Shown piece after piece: positions 28,318 to 40,536 of a stretch of 64,000 nt of DNA. The position numbers were made by a program, and so were the translations under genes. This DNA is from an uncultured Cryomorphaceae bacterium (lineage in GTDB: Bacteria; Bacteroidota; Bacteroidia; Flavobacteriales_D; Cryomorphaceae). Numbering within the stretch: the first letter of the stretch is position 1; every line of letters begins with the position of its first letter. A model generated the notes under the pieces. The model had not been told where the DNA came from. It searched no databases and was given only the letters and a program-made list of their open reading frames with translations. The stretch lies in assembly GCA_963748925.1 (NCBI GenBank), contig CAVVKG010000008.1, positions 233,335-297,334 on the forward strand, written 5' to 3'.

Positions 28318-30701
28318 TAAAAAAACTAACTTTTTTAGGGTTTATAGCACTGATTTTTGGGTGTGCTGATAGCGAAAAAGAGGAGTCAAAAGTCGAAATT
28401 GAGGCTGGTGGCGATATTATTGGATTAGCCAGTCCTGTAAAATTAAGCCATGATTCTACTACCGTTTTTTTGTTGGATTATTTTGAAAATGCAGATCAGA
28501 TAGACAGTGTTTTCTTTAATGCTGATATCGAGTTTACATTTAATCAAGCAGAGGGAACGGTAGAAGTCACAGAAATTAATAACAGCGATCCCATAGCTGT
28601 GCTAACTGCTATTTATGCAGGGAAGCGTTATGATATTCCTGTTTTCAAAAGCAAGGAGCTGCCGTTTAAATATACTTATGAATCACCCAATGAGAAGGTA
28701 AAGCAAATAGCACTAAAAGGTAATTTTAATGGATGGAATCCTTCGGCAACACCGCTAAACCGCGATGATGATACCTGGGCGACAAATTTGGTTTTGGAGC
28801 CGGGTCTTTACGAATATCTGGTGGTAGAAGATGGTAAAGAGATGCTTGACTCCAACAACCCCAATAAGAAAGATAATGGAATGGGAGCATTTAACTCTAC
28901 CTTTCGGGTAGGGTCTGATAGTGAGGTGCCGCATATTTCTACCTTTGGTTTTCTTCAGGATTCTATAGTAATTCACTATCCGGAAGAGCTTAGTGACCCA
29001 TTCATATTTTGGGAAAACCACCGACTCGATTCTTCATGGTTTCATCGCAATTCAGATAGGCTCAGTATTGATATACCATCGGCTGCAGCCGAAAACAAAC
29101 GCAGCAACTTGCGCATTTTTGCTGGAAATGAGGAGCAGCGAACCAACGATTTGCTTATTCCTTTGCAAAGTGGAAAACCGATTGAAAATCCCTCTGTTTT
29201 ACCACGGTCAGATAAGCAGAAACTCGCCATGTACTTTATGATGGTTGACAGGTTTTTGGATGGAAATAAAGGAAACAATCAGCCGGTAAATGATCCGGAA
29301 ATTCTTCCCCCTGCCAACTATTACGGAGGAGATTTACAAGGAGTGAATTTGAAAGTTGAGGAAGGTTACTTAAGCGATTTAGGAATGAATACCGTTTGGC
29401 TGTCACCGATCACACAAAACCCGCTTGGCGCATATGGACTGTGGGACGAAGGTGGTGTGCGAAGCAAGTTTTCCGGTTACCACGGATATTGGCCCATTTC
29501 TTCATCGCAGGTAGATTTTCGATTCGGGAATGAAAAAATTCTCAGTACACTGATCGACGAAGCGCATGGCAAAGACATGAATGTGATTTTGGATTATGTA
29601 GCAAATCACGTGCATGAGGAGCACCCTGCTTACCAACAACACCCTGAATGGGCTACCGAGTTGTATCTTCCCGATGGATCGCTGAATACCGAAAAATGGG
29701 ATGAGTACCGCCTTACCACTTGGTTTGACACCTTTATGCCTACTCTCGATTTTAGCCGCGATGATGTAGTGGAAGCCATGACAGATTCTGCTCTCTATTG
29801 GTTTGAAAACTATGCTATTGACGGCTTTAGGCACGATGCCACAAAGCATATTCAGCTTAAGTTTTGGCGCGAGCTTACACGCAAACTCAAGTACCGTGTC
29901 GTAAAGCCCGATAACCGACCCATATATCAGATAGGGGAAACCTATGGGAATCCACAATTGATTGACAGCTATATCGGCAGTGGAATGCTGGATGCACAGT
30001 TTGATTTCAACCTCTATGATGCTTCGGTTTCCGCTTTCGCGAAAAATGACGCATCGTTCGAAAACTTGAATAGGGTTTTGAATCAAAGCCTTACTACATA
30101 CGGGTACCACCATGTAATGGGCAATATTTCCGGAAATCAGGATAGAACCCGGTTTATCTCTTATGCAGATGGATCTGTAGATTTTGGTGAAGATCCCAAA
30201 CTTGCCGGTTGGACCCGCAAAATAGAAATTAAAGATACCATTGGCTATAGCCGTTTGGCGATGCTTCACGCTTTCAACTTCACAGTTCCCGGGGTTCCGG
30301 TCATTTATTATGGCGATGAAATAGGGTTGCCCGGCGCCAATGATCCCGATAACCGTCGTATGATGCGATTCGGCGAAAGCCTCGACCAATCTGAAAGGGA
30401 TATGCTTCAGACTGTGACGACGATTGCAAATCTTCGCCAGGAAAAGATGGCGCTGATTTACGGAGATCTGGCTCTATTGAAATTGGATGGGCCGGTTTAT
30501 GCCTACATTCGGAATTATTTTGAGCAGACAGCAATTGCGCTTTTCAACTCATCAAGCGAGACTAAAACCATTCGTTTGGAAATTTCCGCCTATTATTCTC
30601 TTGAAAATATCACATCAAATTTTGGTCACTCTGTCCAGATAGAAGGTAGGGAGGTAACCGTTAAACTTCCACCAGTTTCATTCGAAATCATAACCAATTA
30701 A
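28314..30701 (+). CDS. GH13 alpha-amylase-family lipoprotein with N-terminal E-set/CBM48-like domain
   Basis: Lipobox (LIFGC). KGNFNGWNP...LEPGLYEYLVVEDGKE (glycogen-binding-type module). GH13 regions DYVANHV, DGFRHDATKH and IGETY, plus a variant region IV (GNQDRTRF). The start overlaps the phosphorylase stop (ATGA). Confidence 0.85.
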   Translation: MIKKLTFLGFIALIFGCADSEKEESKVEIEAGGDIIGLASPVKLSHDSTTVFLLDYFENADQIDSVFFNADIEFTFNQAEGTVEVTEINNSDPIAVLTAIYAGKRYDIPVFKSKELPFKYTYESPNEKVKQIALKGNFNGWNPSATPLNRDDDTWATNLVLEPGLYEYLVVEDGKEMLDSNNPNKKDNGMGAFNSTFRVGSDSEVPHISTFGFLQDSIVIHYPEELSDPFIFWENHRLDSSWFHRNSDRLSIDIPSAAAENKRSNLRIFAGNEEQRTNDLLIPLQSGKPIENPSVLPRSDKQKLAMYFMMVDRFLDGNKGNNQPVNDPEILPPANYYGGDLQGVNLKVEEGYLSDLGMNTVWLSPITQNPLGAYGLWDEGGVRSKFSGYHGYWPISSSQVDFRFGNEKILSTLIDEAHGKDMNVILDYVANHVHEEHPAYQQHPEWATELYLPDGSLNTEKWDEYRLTTWFDTFMPTLDFSRDDVVEAMTDSALYWFENYAIDGFRHDATKHIQLKFWRELTRKLKYRVVKPDNRPIYQIGETYGNPQLIDSYIGSGMLDAQFDFNLYDASVSAFAKNDASFENLNRVLNQSLTTYGYHHVMGNISGNQDRTRFISYADGSVDFGEDPKLAGWTRKIEIKDTIGYSRLAMLHAFNFTVPGVPVIYYGDEIGLPGANDPDNRRMMRFGESLDQSERDMLQTVTTIANLRQEKMALIYGDLALLKLDGPVYAYIRNYFEQTAIALFNSSSETKTIRLEISAYYSLENITSNFGHSVQIEGREVTVKLPPVSFEIITN

Positions 30702-30702
30702 A

Positions 30703-32076
30703 ATGAAAAAACTACTCGTACTATTTTTAATCAGTGCTTCTCTAGGGGCGTGCAACAACAGTCCTAAAGAAAAATCTGAAACCGAACCTATGGATAAGCA
30801 GGAAGAAACCGTATCGCATACTGAATGGTCTAAAAATGCGACCATTTATGAGGTGAATATCAGACAATACACCCCGGAAGGAACATTTAACGCATTCAGC
30901 GAAAGCCTGCCCCGCCTCAAAGATATGGGTGTAAAAATATTGTGGATAATGCCCATCTCGCCCATTGGTGAAGAGAATCGTAAGGGAACGGAAGGGAGCT
31001 ATTATTCAGTGAAAGATTACAAGGCAGTGAATCCTGAATTTGGTACAATGGCAGATTTCAAAGCGCTGGTAGAAAAGGCGCATAGCTTGGGCCTTAAAGT
31101 AATTGTAGACTGGGTGGCAAATCACAGCGCTTTTGACAATGTATGGACAAAAGATCACAAGGACTGGTACAACCTTGACAGCCTTGGAGGCCTGCAACCA
31201 CCGCAAGGCACAGACTGGTGGGATGTAGCTGACCTTAATTACAGCAATGTGGAAATGCGAAACGGAATGATCGACGCCATGCAATTCTGGGTTCGCGAAG
31301 CAGATATAGACGGGTACAGATGTGATGTTGCAGAAATGGTTCCTATGGATTTTTGGACTGCTTGTATTGATTCTTTGGAAAAAACGAAACCTGGAATTTT
31401 TATGCTCGCAGAAGGCGAAAATCCTGAATTACATAAGGCTTTTGATATGACTTATGCTTTTGAATTTTTGCACATAATGAATGGAATAGCAAAAGGAGAA
31501 AAAGAGCTTGCCGAGATTGACACGTATCTTGAAAATCAAAAAACGAAATACTCTCCTGAAGATTATAGAATGTATTTTACAACCAGCCACGATGAGAATT
31601 CATGGAATGGAACAGTATTCGAACGTTATGGAAAAGGGCATAAGACTTTTGCAGCGCTGGCATTTACAATTGCAGGAATGCCTATGGTTTACAGCGGGCA
31701 GGAAGCTGGAATGGATTATGCACTTGAATTTTTTGAAAAAGATTCGATTAAATGGGGCGATATTGCACTTGAAGATTTCTATGGAAAATTGCTGCGGCTC
31801 AATCGCGATAATCCCGCACTTTGGAATGGCGAATTTGGAGGAGAGCTTAACCGTTTAAAAACCGATAATGATAAGGATGTTTACGCCTTTTCGCGAAAGC
31901 TTGACGACAATGAAGTAGTGGTGATTTGCAATCTAAAAGACACCTATCAGAAAGTCACATTTGAATCTGTACCCGAGGGTGATTTCAAAGGATTGCTTGA
32001 CGATGAGAAGCTCGATTTAATAGGAAAGAACGGTCTGGAACTTGAGCCTTATGGGTTCCATATATTTTATAAATAA
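30703..32076 (+). CDS. GH13 alpha-amylase lipoprotein
   Basis: Lipobox (SLGAC). GH13 regions VDWVANHS, DGYRCDVAEMV, MLAEGE and FTTSHDEN. Confidence 0.88.
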   Translation: MKKLLVLFLISASLGACNNSPKEKSETEPMDKQEETVSHTEWSKNATIYEVNIRQYTPEGTFNAFSESLPRLKDMGVKILWIMPISPIGEENRKGTEGSYYSVKDYKAVNPEFGTMADFKALVEKAHSLGLKVIVDWVANHSAFDNVWTKDHKDWYNLDSLGGLQPPQGTDWWDVADLNYSNVEMRNGMIDAMQFWVREADIDGYRCDVAEMVPMDFWTACIDSLEKTKPGIFMLAEGENPELHKAFDMTYAFEFLHIMNGIAKGEKELAEIDTYLENQKTKYSPEDYRMYFTTSHDENSWNGTVFERYGKGHKTFAALAFTIAGMPMVYSGQEAGMDYALEFFEKDSIKWGDIALEDFYGKLLRLNRDNPALWNGEFGGELNRLKTDNDKDVYAFSRKLDDNEVVVICNLKDTYQKVTFESVPEGDFKGLLDDEKLDLIGKNGLELEPYGFHIFYK

Positions 32077-32448
32077 ATGAAACTAGCAATTATAGCGCAT
32101 GACGGTAAAAAGGCCGAAATGGTTCGTTTTCTAACAGACCACAACGAATTTTTACAGCGAAACGATGTGAAGCTTGTAGCTACAGGTACCACGGGAATGC
32201 ACGTAGAACGAGCAGGGCTTGATGTACAAAAGGTAGCCTCCGGACCGCAAGGTGGTGATGCGCAAATTGCAGCGATGGTTACCGAAGGTAGTATTGATGC
32301 CGTTTTCTTCTTTCGCGATCCGCTTGACAGGCATCCACATGAACCCGATATTGCCATGCTAATGCGGATATGTGATGTGCATGATGTACCTTTGGCAACC
32401 AATCCGGCTACGGCCGAATTGATTATTAGAGGATTTGAACAACCATAA
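32077..32448 (+). CDS. mgsA: methylglyoxal synthase
   Basis: 123-aa ORF with IAHDGKK, LVATGTTG, GPQGGDAQIAAM and FFRDPL..HPHEPDI blocks. The ATG directly abuts the amylase stop (TAAATG). Confidence 0.9.
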   Translation: MKLAIIAHDGKKAEMVRFLTDHNEFLQRNDVKLVATGTTGMHVERAGLDVQKVASGPQGGDAQIAAMVTEGSIDAVFFFRDPLDRHPHEPDIAMLMRICDVHDVPLATNPATAELIIRGFEQP

Positions 32449-32460
32449 AAAATATTTAAG

Positions 32461-33531
32461 ATGAGTAAGAAATTTCGTTCAGGAGTGCTTTATGGTCAGG
32501 AAGTTACTGACTTATTTAATTATGCTAATCAAAATGATTTTGCACTTCCTGCAGTTAACGTTATTGGAACAGATTCTGTAAATGCTGTGCTTGAGACTGC
32601 GCGCGATCTCAATTCGCCCGTAATCATTCAATTTTCGAATGGAGGGGCTGTCTTCTTTGCAGGAAAAGGATTGAGTAACGAGAACCAGAAAGCTGCTGTA
32701 GCAGGCGGTGTTAGCGGTGCTTTGCATGTACATGAAATGGCTAAAGCCTACGGTGTAACTGTTGTTTTGCACACAGACCACGCAGCTAAAAAACTGCTCC
32801 CTTGGATAGATGGATTGCTCGATGCCGGAGAGGAGTTTTTCAAGAAGAATGGCCAGCCACTCTTTAGTTCACACATGCTCGACCTGAGCGAAGAACCGAT
32901 CGAAGAAAATATTGAAACGAGTGCGCGCTATTTTGAGCGTATGAATAAGATGGGAATGACCATCGAGATTGAGCTTGGCGTAACAGGTGGCGAGGAAGAC
33001 GGAGTAGATAATTCAGACATCGACAGCTCTAAGCTATACACCCAACCTGAGGAAGTAGCGTTCGCTTATGAAAAGCTAAAAGCTATTTCGCCTAACTTTA
33101 CTGTAGCAGCAGCCTTTGGAAATGTGCACGGAGTATACAAACCCGGAAATGTTTCGCTTAAGCCAATCATCCTGAAAAACTCTCAGGACTTTATTCAAAA
33201 GAAATTCAACACCGAAGCACAGCCTGTCAACTTCGTTTTCCATGGAGGAAGTGGATCATCCCAGGCAGACATTCGGGAAGCTATTTCATACGGAGCCATC
33301 AAAATGAATATCGATACCGATATGCAATGGGCTTTTTGGGATGGAGTAAAAGATTATTACAAAGCGAATGAAGCTTATCTCCAAACTCAGATTGGCAATC
33401 CTGATGGTGATGATAAGCCGAATAAGAAGTATTACGATCCTCGCGTTTGGTTGAGAAAGGGCGAAGAGACATTCGTTACAAGGTTAAAACAAGCCTTCGA
33501 GGATTTGAATTGTGTAAACAAGAACGCCTAA
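32461..33531 (+). CDS. fbaA: class II fructose-1,6-bisphosphate aldolase
   Basis: 356-aa ORF with PAVNV, VIIQFSNGG, LHTDHA and FVFHGGSGS blocks of class IIa FBA. Confidence 0.95.
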   Translation: MSKKFRSGVLYGQEVTDLFNYANQNDFALPAVNVIGTDSVNAVLETARDLNSPVIIQFSNGGAVFFAGKGLSNENQKAAVAGGVSGALHVHEMAKAYGVTVVLHTDHAAKKLLPWIDGLLDAGEEFFKKNGQPLFSSHMLDLSEEPIEENIETSARYFERMNKMGMTIEIELGVTGGEEDGVDNSDIDSSKLYTQPEEVAFAYEKLKAISPNFTVAAAFGNVHGVYKPGNVSLKPIILKNSQDFIQKKFNTEAQPVNFVFHGGSGSSQADIREAISYGAIKMNIDTDMQWAFWDGVKDYYKANEAYLQTQIGNPDGDDKPNKKYYDPRVWLRKGEETFVTRLKQAFEDLNCVNKNA

Positions 33532-35190
<1,659 letters not shown>

Positions 35191-35458
35191 ATCTCTTCTC
35201 ATGCAAAATTACTCCCCACCCTGCTTTTTTTGGAGGAATAACTTCAGGTCTTAAAAAGTTCTGTGGCGCTGTTGATAAAAGGGGAAGATCACTTTAAGAC
35301 ATAAACTCAACCATCCATAAAATAAATAATTTGATAAGGATCAATTCGTCACTGATATGGATTCTTAATTCATCTTTTTGAAACAAATTTTTCCTCGAGG
35401 TCGTAAAAAATTCTGAAACCTCGCCCAATTTGGGTGAGAAAAGAAAAACGACTTACAG

Positions 35459-36905
35459 ATGAAAAAAATTTTACTCCCACTGTATATAAGTGCTGTGTGC
35501 TTTTCTGCGCAAGCTCAAATTAGTAACGGCGGTTTCGAAAACTGGAAAAAAATACTACTTTTTGAGCATCCGGCAAGCAACACGACTAGCATGAGCTCAA
35601 ACTATGAAACCTTTTTTGACAATGGATTGCTCAATGTGAATCGCATCGTTGAAAATGAAAATTCGGTACTTCGAATTGAGAATATTATGGGCTCTGAATC
35701 GGTTCAGCCAGGATATTTTATTTTTGGTAAAATTCCAACTGGTGAGATGGTTTTTGGTGCTGGAAATTCAATATCAAGTGTTGATATGACCGGTATATCG
35801 ATGGATTTAAGATATGATCTAGTCGATGAGTCTGAAGGATTTGTGATGGTGCAGTTTAAGGATGGAAATAATCCTGTGGGAACTGGTAATTATGGAACAG
35901 GTACTTACTTTTTTCCTATAACAGGTTCGCAAGATTGGAGCAATGTCGAATTTGTTTTCGATAATCCAATTGATCCAGCTGCTAATACATGTGTTATTGC
36001 AATTGCTTCCGGCGATGTTCTTAATAGTGACACTCCATTTGCAGAAGGCTCATTTGTAGAAGTAGACAATTTGGAGTTTATGCAATCGGAACAAACTATT
36101 CCGGGAGGAGACTTTGAGGCTTGGAAAATGGTAGCATCCGATATACGCACCTGAAGATTGCTATGTTGATCTACACCCATTTGAGGCAAATTATCAACAA
36201 TCTTTCGATGAATTTAGCGGCAGTTATGCACTTAGACTAAATAGTACTTTGCGCAATGACAATGTAGACGTGGGATACCTATTAATGGGTAATAAAAATG
36301 ATGAAGGTGAAATTATTCCTAACATTGAAATTGGCGATAAGGATATGCTTTCATTTAAGTACTTCTACCTGAGCACAAATGATCTTGCTGAGGCTAAAGT
36401 TGTTTTTTACAAGGAGGTTGACGGTAATTTTGAACCTGTTCATGAACACATGTTAGAGCTTGGCAATAATGAAAATTATCAATTGTTAGAATATCCTTTC
36501 CAAAACGAACTTACGCAGCTGGGCGTCGATGCTTCACATATGACGATTGAGTTTAAGTCGAGCATTGAATCGCTGGAAATACCGGCCCAAGATGGAAGTA
36601 TTCTATTATTAGACGAGGTGGCTCTGGAGAGCGCACTCGGTGTAAATTCAAAACTTACTGCACAGTCTGTAAAACAAGTATGGGCATACCCAAACCCTAC
36701 TATGGGAAGAGTGATTTTTAACTTTGGAACCAGAAGAGCTGGATACTTCCGAGTGTATAATCAAGTTGGAGCGCAGGTGGCTATCAGGGAATTTTCAAGC
36801 ACACAAGAATTAATTTTTGATTTAAGCCCCTATCCGGCAGGCCAGTACCTATTTAAATTCTATCACAATGCGGGGTTTGATATTGCCCGTGTAGTCAAAT
36901 ATTAA
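35459..36905 (+). pseudogene. T9SS type-A cargo protein split by a +1 frameshift (or a sequencing indel)
   Basis: ORF 35459-36154 has the signal peptide but no sorting domain. ORF 36249-36905 has the sorting domain (AYPNPTMGRVIF...GQYLFKF) but no signal peptide. The second frame is already open from 36141 (HPIYAPEDCYVDLHPFEANYQQSF...). Skipping one base near 36140 gives WKMV-HPIYAPE, which parallels WKKILLFEHPASN in the first module. Confidence 0.7.
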
Positions 36906-36964
36906 AACTCGATAATATGCACGACCTGGCTCGTGTTCATCATAACGATACAATTTTTTGAATG

Positions 36965-36993
36965 AAGCGGCGCAAGTATTTGCGCCGCTTTTT
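36965..36993 (+). terminator. rho-independent terminator
   Basis: 11-bp stem aagcggcgcaa / ttgcgccgctt with loop gtat, followed by a T-run. Confidence 0.85.
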
Positions 36994-37058
36994 ACATTGG
37001 TGAAAACCGGAATGAACTTGTCCAAATAATCAAATATCTCTAAACTATATTTATCGTT

Positions 37059-37074
37059 AGTGTAAGTTTAACAC
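37059..37074. promoter_or_regulatory. AGTGT-N7-ACAC element overlapping a -7-like box (TAAGTTTA) upstream of the sugar transporter
   Basis: The sequence is gttAGTGTaagtttaACACaaag, centred 57 nt before the ATG. It shares GTTAGTGT with the element at 40488. Confidence 0.35.
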
Positions 37075-37123
37075 AAAGACATTTTTTTCTATATTGCCCA
37101 TCGCTATTTTAAAGATATAGATT

Positions 37124-38425
37124 ATGCAGCAAAAGCCACATCTGGGATTTTGGGAAATTTGGAATATGAGTTTTGGATTCCTCGGGATTCAGTTTGGTTT
37201 TGCTCTTCAAAATGCCAACGTAAGCCGCATTTTTGAAACGCTGGGAGCGAGTAAAGATGCCCTACCCATTCTTTGGCTAGCTGCCCCGGTTACCGGACTT
37301 TTGGTTCAGCCCATTGTAGGGTATTATAGTGATAGAACCTGGAATAAACTCGGACGCCGAAGGCCCTTCTTCCTTGTTGGAGCTATACTTGCTACTATTG
37401 CACTTATCATAATGCCAAACAGCCCAACGCTTTGGATTGCCGCAGGAACTCTATGGTTGATGGATGGTTCTATAAATATTTCCATGGAGCCGTTTCGTGC
37501 TTTTGTTGGAGATAAACTCTCTGACGAACAACGCACGAAGGGTTTTGCCATGCAGAGCTTTTTTATCGGAGCAGGTGCCGTAATAGCATCCATGTTACCT
37601 TATATTTTTACAAACTGGTTTGGCGTCAGCAACACCGCTCCTGAGGGCATTATTCCCGATTCTGTAAAATGGTCGTTCTATGTGGGTGCTGCTGCTTTTA
37701 TGGGTGCGGTTCTCTGGACGGTTTTTAAGTCTTCGGAATATCCACCGGAAGATATGGAGGCCTTTCTTGCTGAAAAAGAGAAGAATAAAGGGGTTTTTAA
37801 CGGGTTGAAAGAGTCCTTTCTCGGTATTTTTTCCATGCCAAAAACAATGTTGCAACTCGCTTTTGTGCAGTTTTTTTCATGGTTTGCCCTTTTTGCTATG
37901 TGGATTTATACTACGAGCGCTGTAACCGGGCATGTTTATGGTACGGAGGATACATCTTCGGCTCTGTATAATGAAGGGGCCGATTGGGTGGGCGTTTTAT
38001 TTGCTGTGTATAATGGTATTGCCGCAATATTTGCTTTAGCGCTTCCAGCCATTGCGCGTGTAACAAATAGAAAAATAACACACATGCTTTGTCTCTTTGC
38101 AGGCGGCGTTGGTCTGATTTCTATATTTTTTATTTCTGACCCCAACCTGCTTTATATCCCAATGATAGGAGTGGGTATGGCCTGGGCCAGTATCTTATCT
38201 ATGCCGTACGCCATGCTTGCGGGCGCCCTTCCGGCAAATAAAATGGGATACTACATGGGAGTCTTTAATTTCTTTATTGTCATTCCACAAATTGTCGCAG
38301 CTACCATTTTAGGCTTCTTGCTCAAGACCTTTTTTGGAAGTGAAGCCATTTTTGCACTCATTATTGGAGGCGTTGCTTTTTTCCTGGCCGGATTGCTAAC
38401 ACTTTTGGTTAAAGATACCGAGTAA
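37124..38425 (+). CDS. GPH/SLC45-like MFS sugar (maltose/maltodextrin) transporter
   Basis: 433-aa 12-TM-type ORF. YYSDRTWNKLGRRRPF is the GPH-family cation-symporter motif. The substrate is inferred from context. Confidence 0.8.
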   Translation: MQQKPHLGFWEIWNMSFGFLGIQFGFALQNANVSRIFETLGASKDALPILWLAAPVTGLLVQPIVGYYSDRTWNKLGRRRPFFLVGAILATIALIIMPNSPTLWIAAGTLWLMDGSINISMEPFRAFVGDKLSDEQRTKGFAMQSFFIGAGAVIASMLPYIFTNWFGVSNTAPEGIIPDSVKWSFYVGAAAFMGAVLWTVFKSSEYPPEDMEAFLAEKEKNKGVFNGLKESFLGIFSMPKTMLQLAFVQFFSWFALFAMWIYTTSAVTGHVYGTEDTSSALYNEGADWVGVLFAVYNGIAAIFALALPAIARVTNRKITHMLCLFAGGVGLISIFFISDPNLLYIPMIGVGMAWASILSMPYAMLAGALPANKMGYYMGVFNFFIVIPQIVAATILGFLLKTFFGSEAIFALIIGGVAFFLAGLLTLLVKDTE

Positions 38426-38542
38426 CAAAATGCCCGGGCTGGCATTCGCAAAGCTAAAATGAACTTCAATTATCAATAAATGAGAATTGCTAAATGCTCG
38501 GGCTAGCGTCCCGCTAGGCTACTGTTACTACTCAATATGAAC

Positions 38543-40420
38543 CTACCGTACCTCGAAAATAACAATTTCAAAAGGTGCTATTTCCATTTCGTCTTCAATT
38601 TTGACATCCTTCCCATTAATATTTCGAAACGAAGATTTGTCATTGAGCATTTCGGCGTAGGTAGCTTTTTTAATTTTCCTTGTTTCCTTTGAAGTATTAG
38701 CCGCCACCATTACCAGATTTTCTCCGCTTTCACGGAAGTAAACATACAAGCCATCCTGAGGAATAAATTGAACAGTTTTTCCAATTGAAAGCGCTTCGTT
38801 TGTCTTGCGCAGATTGCTTACAGATTTAATAAAGTTATAAATCTCATTTTCATCTGCAGAGCGACCTTCCACCGTGAATTTACTCAATGAATCAGTCGGC
38901 CATCCACCCATCACATCTTCCCTTATTTTTCCATGACCATCTGTTTCGCGCATAAGGAGTTCGGTTCCGTAATAAATGCTGGGGATACCACGCAGGGTGA
39001 ATAAAAGTCCCAGGCCGATTTTCATTTTGCGCAAATCGCCATTCACGTAGCCAAAAAACCGCGCAAGATCGTGGTTGTCCAGGAAGGTAACCATATTTTC
39101 AGGGTGCTCATAAATATAGTCGGCGGCAAGGGTGTAGTAGAGTTTACTGATTCCCTCAGTCCATCCCTGATCTTTCGTAAGGGCATCATTTATTGCGTAA
39201 TAAACCTGAAAGTCAGTCAGGCCATCAAGATGATTTTCTTCCGGTGCAAGTCCATTACCCATAAACCACCCTTGCACAGTTGGCCCATGCACCCATGTTT
39301 CTGCAAAGAGAAAAATATCGGGATATGCTTCTTTCACTTTTGCTCCCCATTCCCGCATAAATTCCTGATCGGGATAAGCATAAGTATCAATTCTTAGTGC
39401 ATCTATCTGGTATTTTTCTATCCACCAAAGCGTCTGCTGAATAAGGTAAGTGGCTACCTGTTTATTTTTCTGGTTCAAATCAGGCATATGTTTGTCAAAC
39501 CAACCGTCGGTAAATACTTTTTTCTCATTCGCAGAAGCGTAAGGATCCATAAGTAGCGGAGCCCTATAATTGGTTCTGGTATAAGTGTCCCAAAAGTGAA
39601 ACCATGATGAATCAGGGATATCTGTAAAAAGATAATGTTCGTTACCAATATGATTGTAAACCACATCCTGTATCAACTTCATGCCGCGATTATGGATTGA
39701 ATCTGAAAGGGCTTTATAAAGTTCGTTTGACCCAAATCGCTTATCAATTTTAAAATAATCGGTAAAGGCATAACCGTGATAAGACTCGTGGGGCTGGTTG
39801 TTTTCTAATAGTGGGTTTGGCCATATTGCGGTCATACCGAGATCTTGAATATAATCCAGATTGTCTATAATCCCCTGAATATCTCCACCGTGCCGGGCGT
39901 AAGGCTCAGCCCGGTTTACGCCCGATTGATTCATATCAGTGAAGCTATCATTCTCTTGGTCGCCATTGGCAAACCTATCCGGAGTAATGAGGTAAACCGC
40001 ATCTGTTTGATCAAGGCCGCGGTTGTGGGGCGTGCGTGAATCTAATGCGTATGGATAAGAGAACTTGCCTGCTTTTCCTTTGCTTTTAATATGAAAAGTA
40101 TGGGGCATGGCATCGTTTGATATTTTGAGATGTAGAATGACATAGTTCTGTCCTGATAGCTTTTCGATGCGCTCAAGTGATATTGCTTCCGAGTTTTTAT
40201 CCAGTGAGAAAGAATTTAGGGATATATCTTTCTGGTGTATTAGAATCTGTAGGTTTTCGTCCGGCATATTCGTCCACCAGTTTGGTGGGTCAACATGCTC
40301 AAAAGATTTGGACCTTGGATCAAATTGCATTGCGCACACTGAATTTATATTTGAAATACTGAAAACCAGTGTTACGAGTACAAGAATTAATGAAAACTTA
40401 TTTGCTTGAAAACTAGTCAT
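38543..40420 (-). CDS. secreted GH13 alpha-amylase/neopullulanase-like enzyme
   Basis: Signal peptide. GH13 regions QDVVYNHIG, DALRIDTYAY, FAETWV and FLDNHD. Confidence 0.88.
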   Translation of the reverse strand: MTSFQANKFSLILVLVTLVFSISNINSVCAMQFDPRSKSFEHVDPPNWWTNMPDENLQILIHQKDISLNSFSLDKNSEAISLERIEKLSGQNYVILHLKISNDAMPHTFHIKSKGKAGKFSYPYALDSRTPHNRGLDQTDAVYLITPDRFANGDQENDSFTDMNQSGVNRAEPYARHGGDIQGIIDNLDYIQDLGMTAIWPNPLLENNQPHESYHGYAFTDYFKIDKRFGSNELYKALSDSIHNRGMKLIQDVVYNHIGNEHYLFTDIPDSSWFHFWDTYTRTNYRAPLLMDPYASANEKKVFTDGWFDKHMPDLNQKNKQVATYLIQQTLWWIEKYQIDALRIDTYAYPDQEFMREWGAKVKEAYPDIFLFAETWVHGPTVQGWFMGNGLAPEENHLDGLTDFQVYYAINDALTKDQGWTEGISKLYYTLAADYIYEHPENMVTFLDNHDLARFFGYVNGDLRKMKIGLGLLFTLRGIPSIYYGTELLMRETDGHGKIREDVMGGWPTDSLSKFTVEGRSADENEIYNFIKSVSNLRKTNEALSIGKTVQFIPQDGLYVYFRESGENLVMVAANTSKETRKIKKATYAEMLNDKSSFRNINGKDVKIEDEMEIAPFEIVIFEVR

Positions 40421-40487
40421 GTAAGTTAATTTTCTAGAATTGTGAGGTGTAAAACTTTTGATTTGTCGAATTTAAATTAAATTTGTT

Positions 40488-40503
40488 AGTGTTAAAAGTA
40501 CAA
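40488..40503. promoter_or_regulatory. AGTGT-N7-ACAA element in the divergent GH13 / CBM-repeat intergenic region
   Basis: The sequence is gttAGTGTtaaaagtACAAtaag, centred 41 nt before the ATG at 40537. Confidence 0.3.
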
Positions 40504-40536
40504 TAAGTCTTTTTCGAAATCCTAAAATCTAATAAA

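Noticed and set aside
29502-30389. 295-aa ORF antisense to the GH13 gene at 28314-30701.
   Set aside because: It lies entirely inside a well-supported GH13 coding region on the other strand. I recognised no motif. The Ile/Phe/Asn-rich composition is typical of shadow ORFs. There is no independent start context or terminator.
38426-38542. Two small hairpins (atgcc-N6-ggcat and ctagcg-tcc-cgctag) between the convergent transporter and GH13 genes.
   Set aside because: The stems are short and have no flanking U-run on either strand, so I cannot support them as intrinsic terminators.
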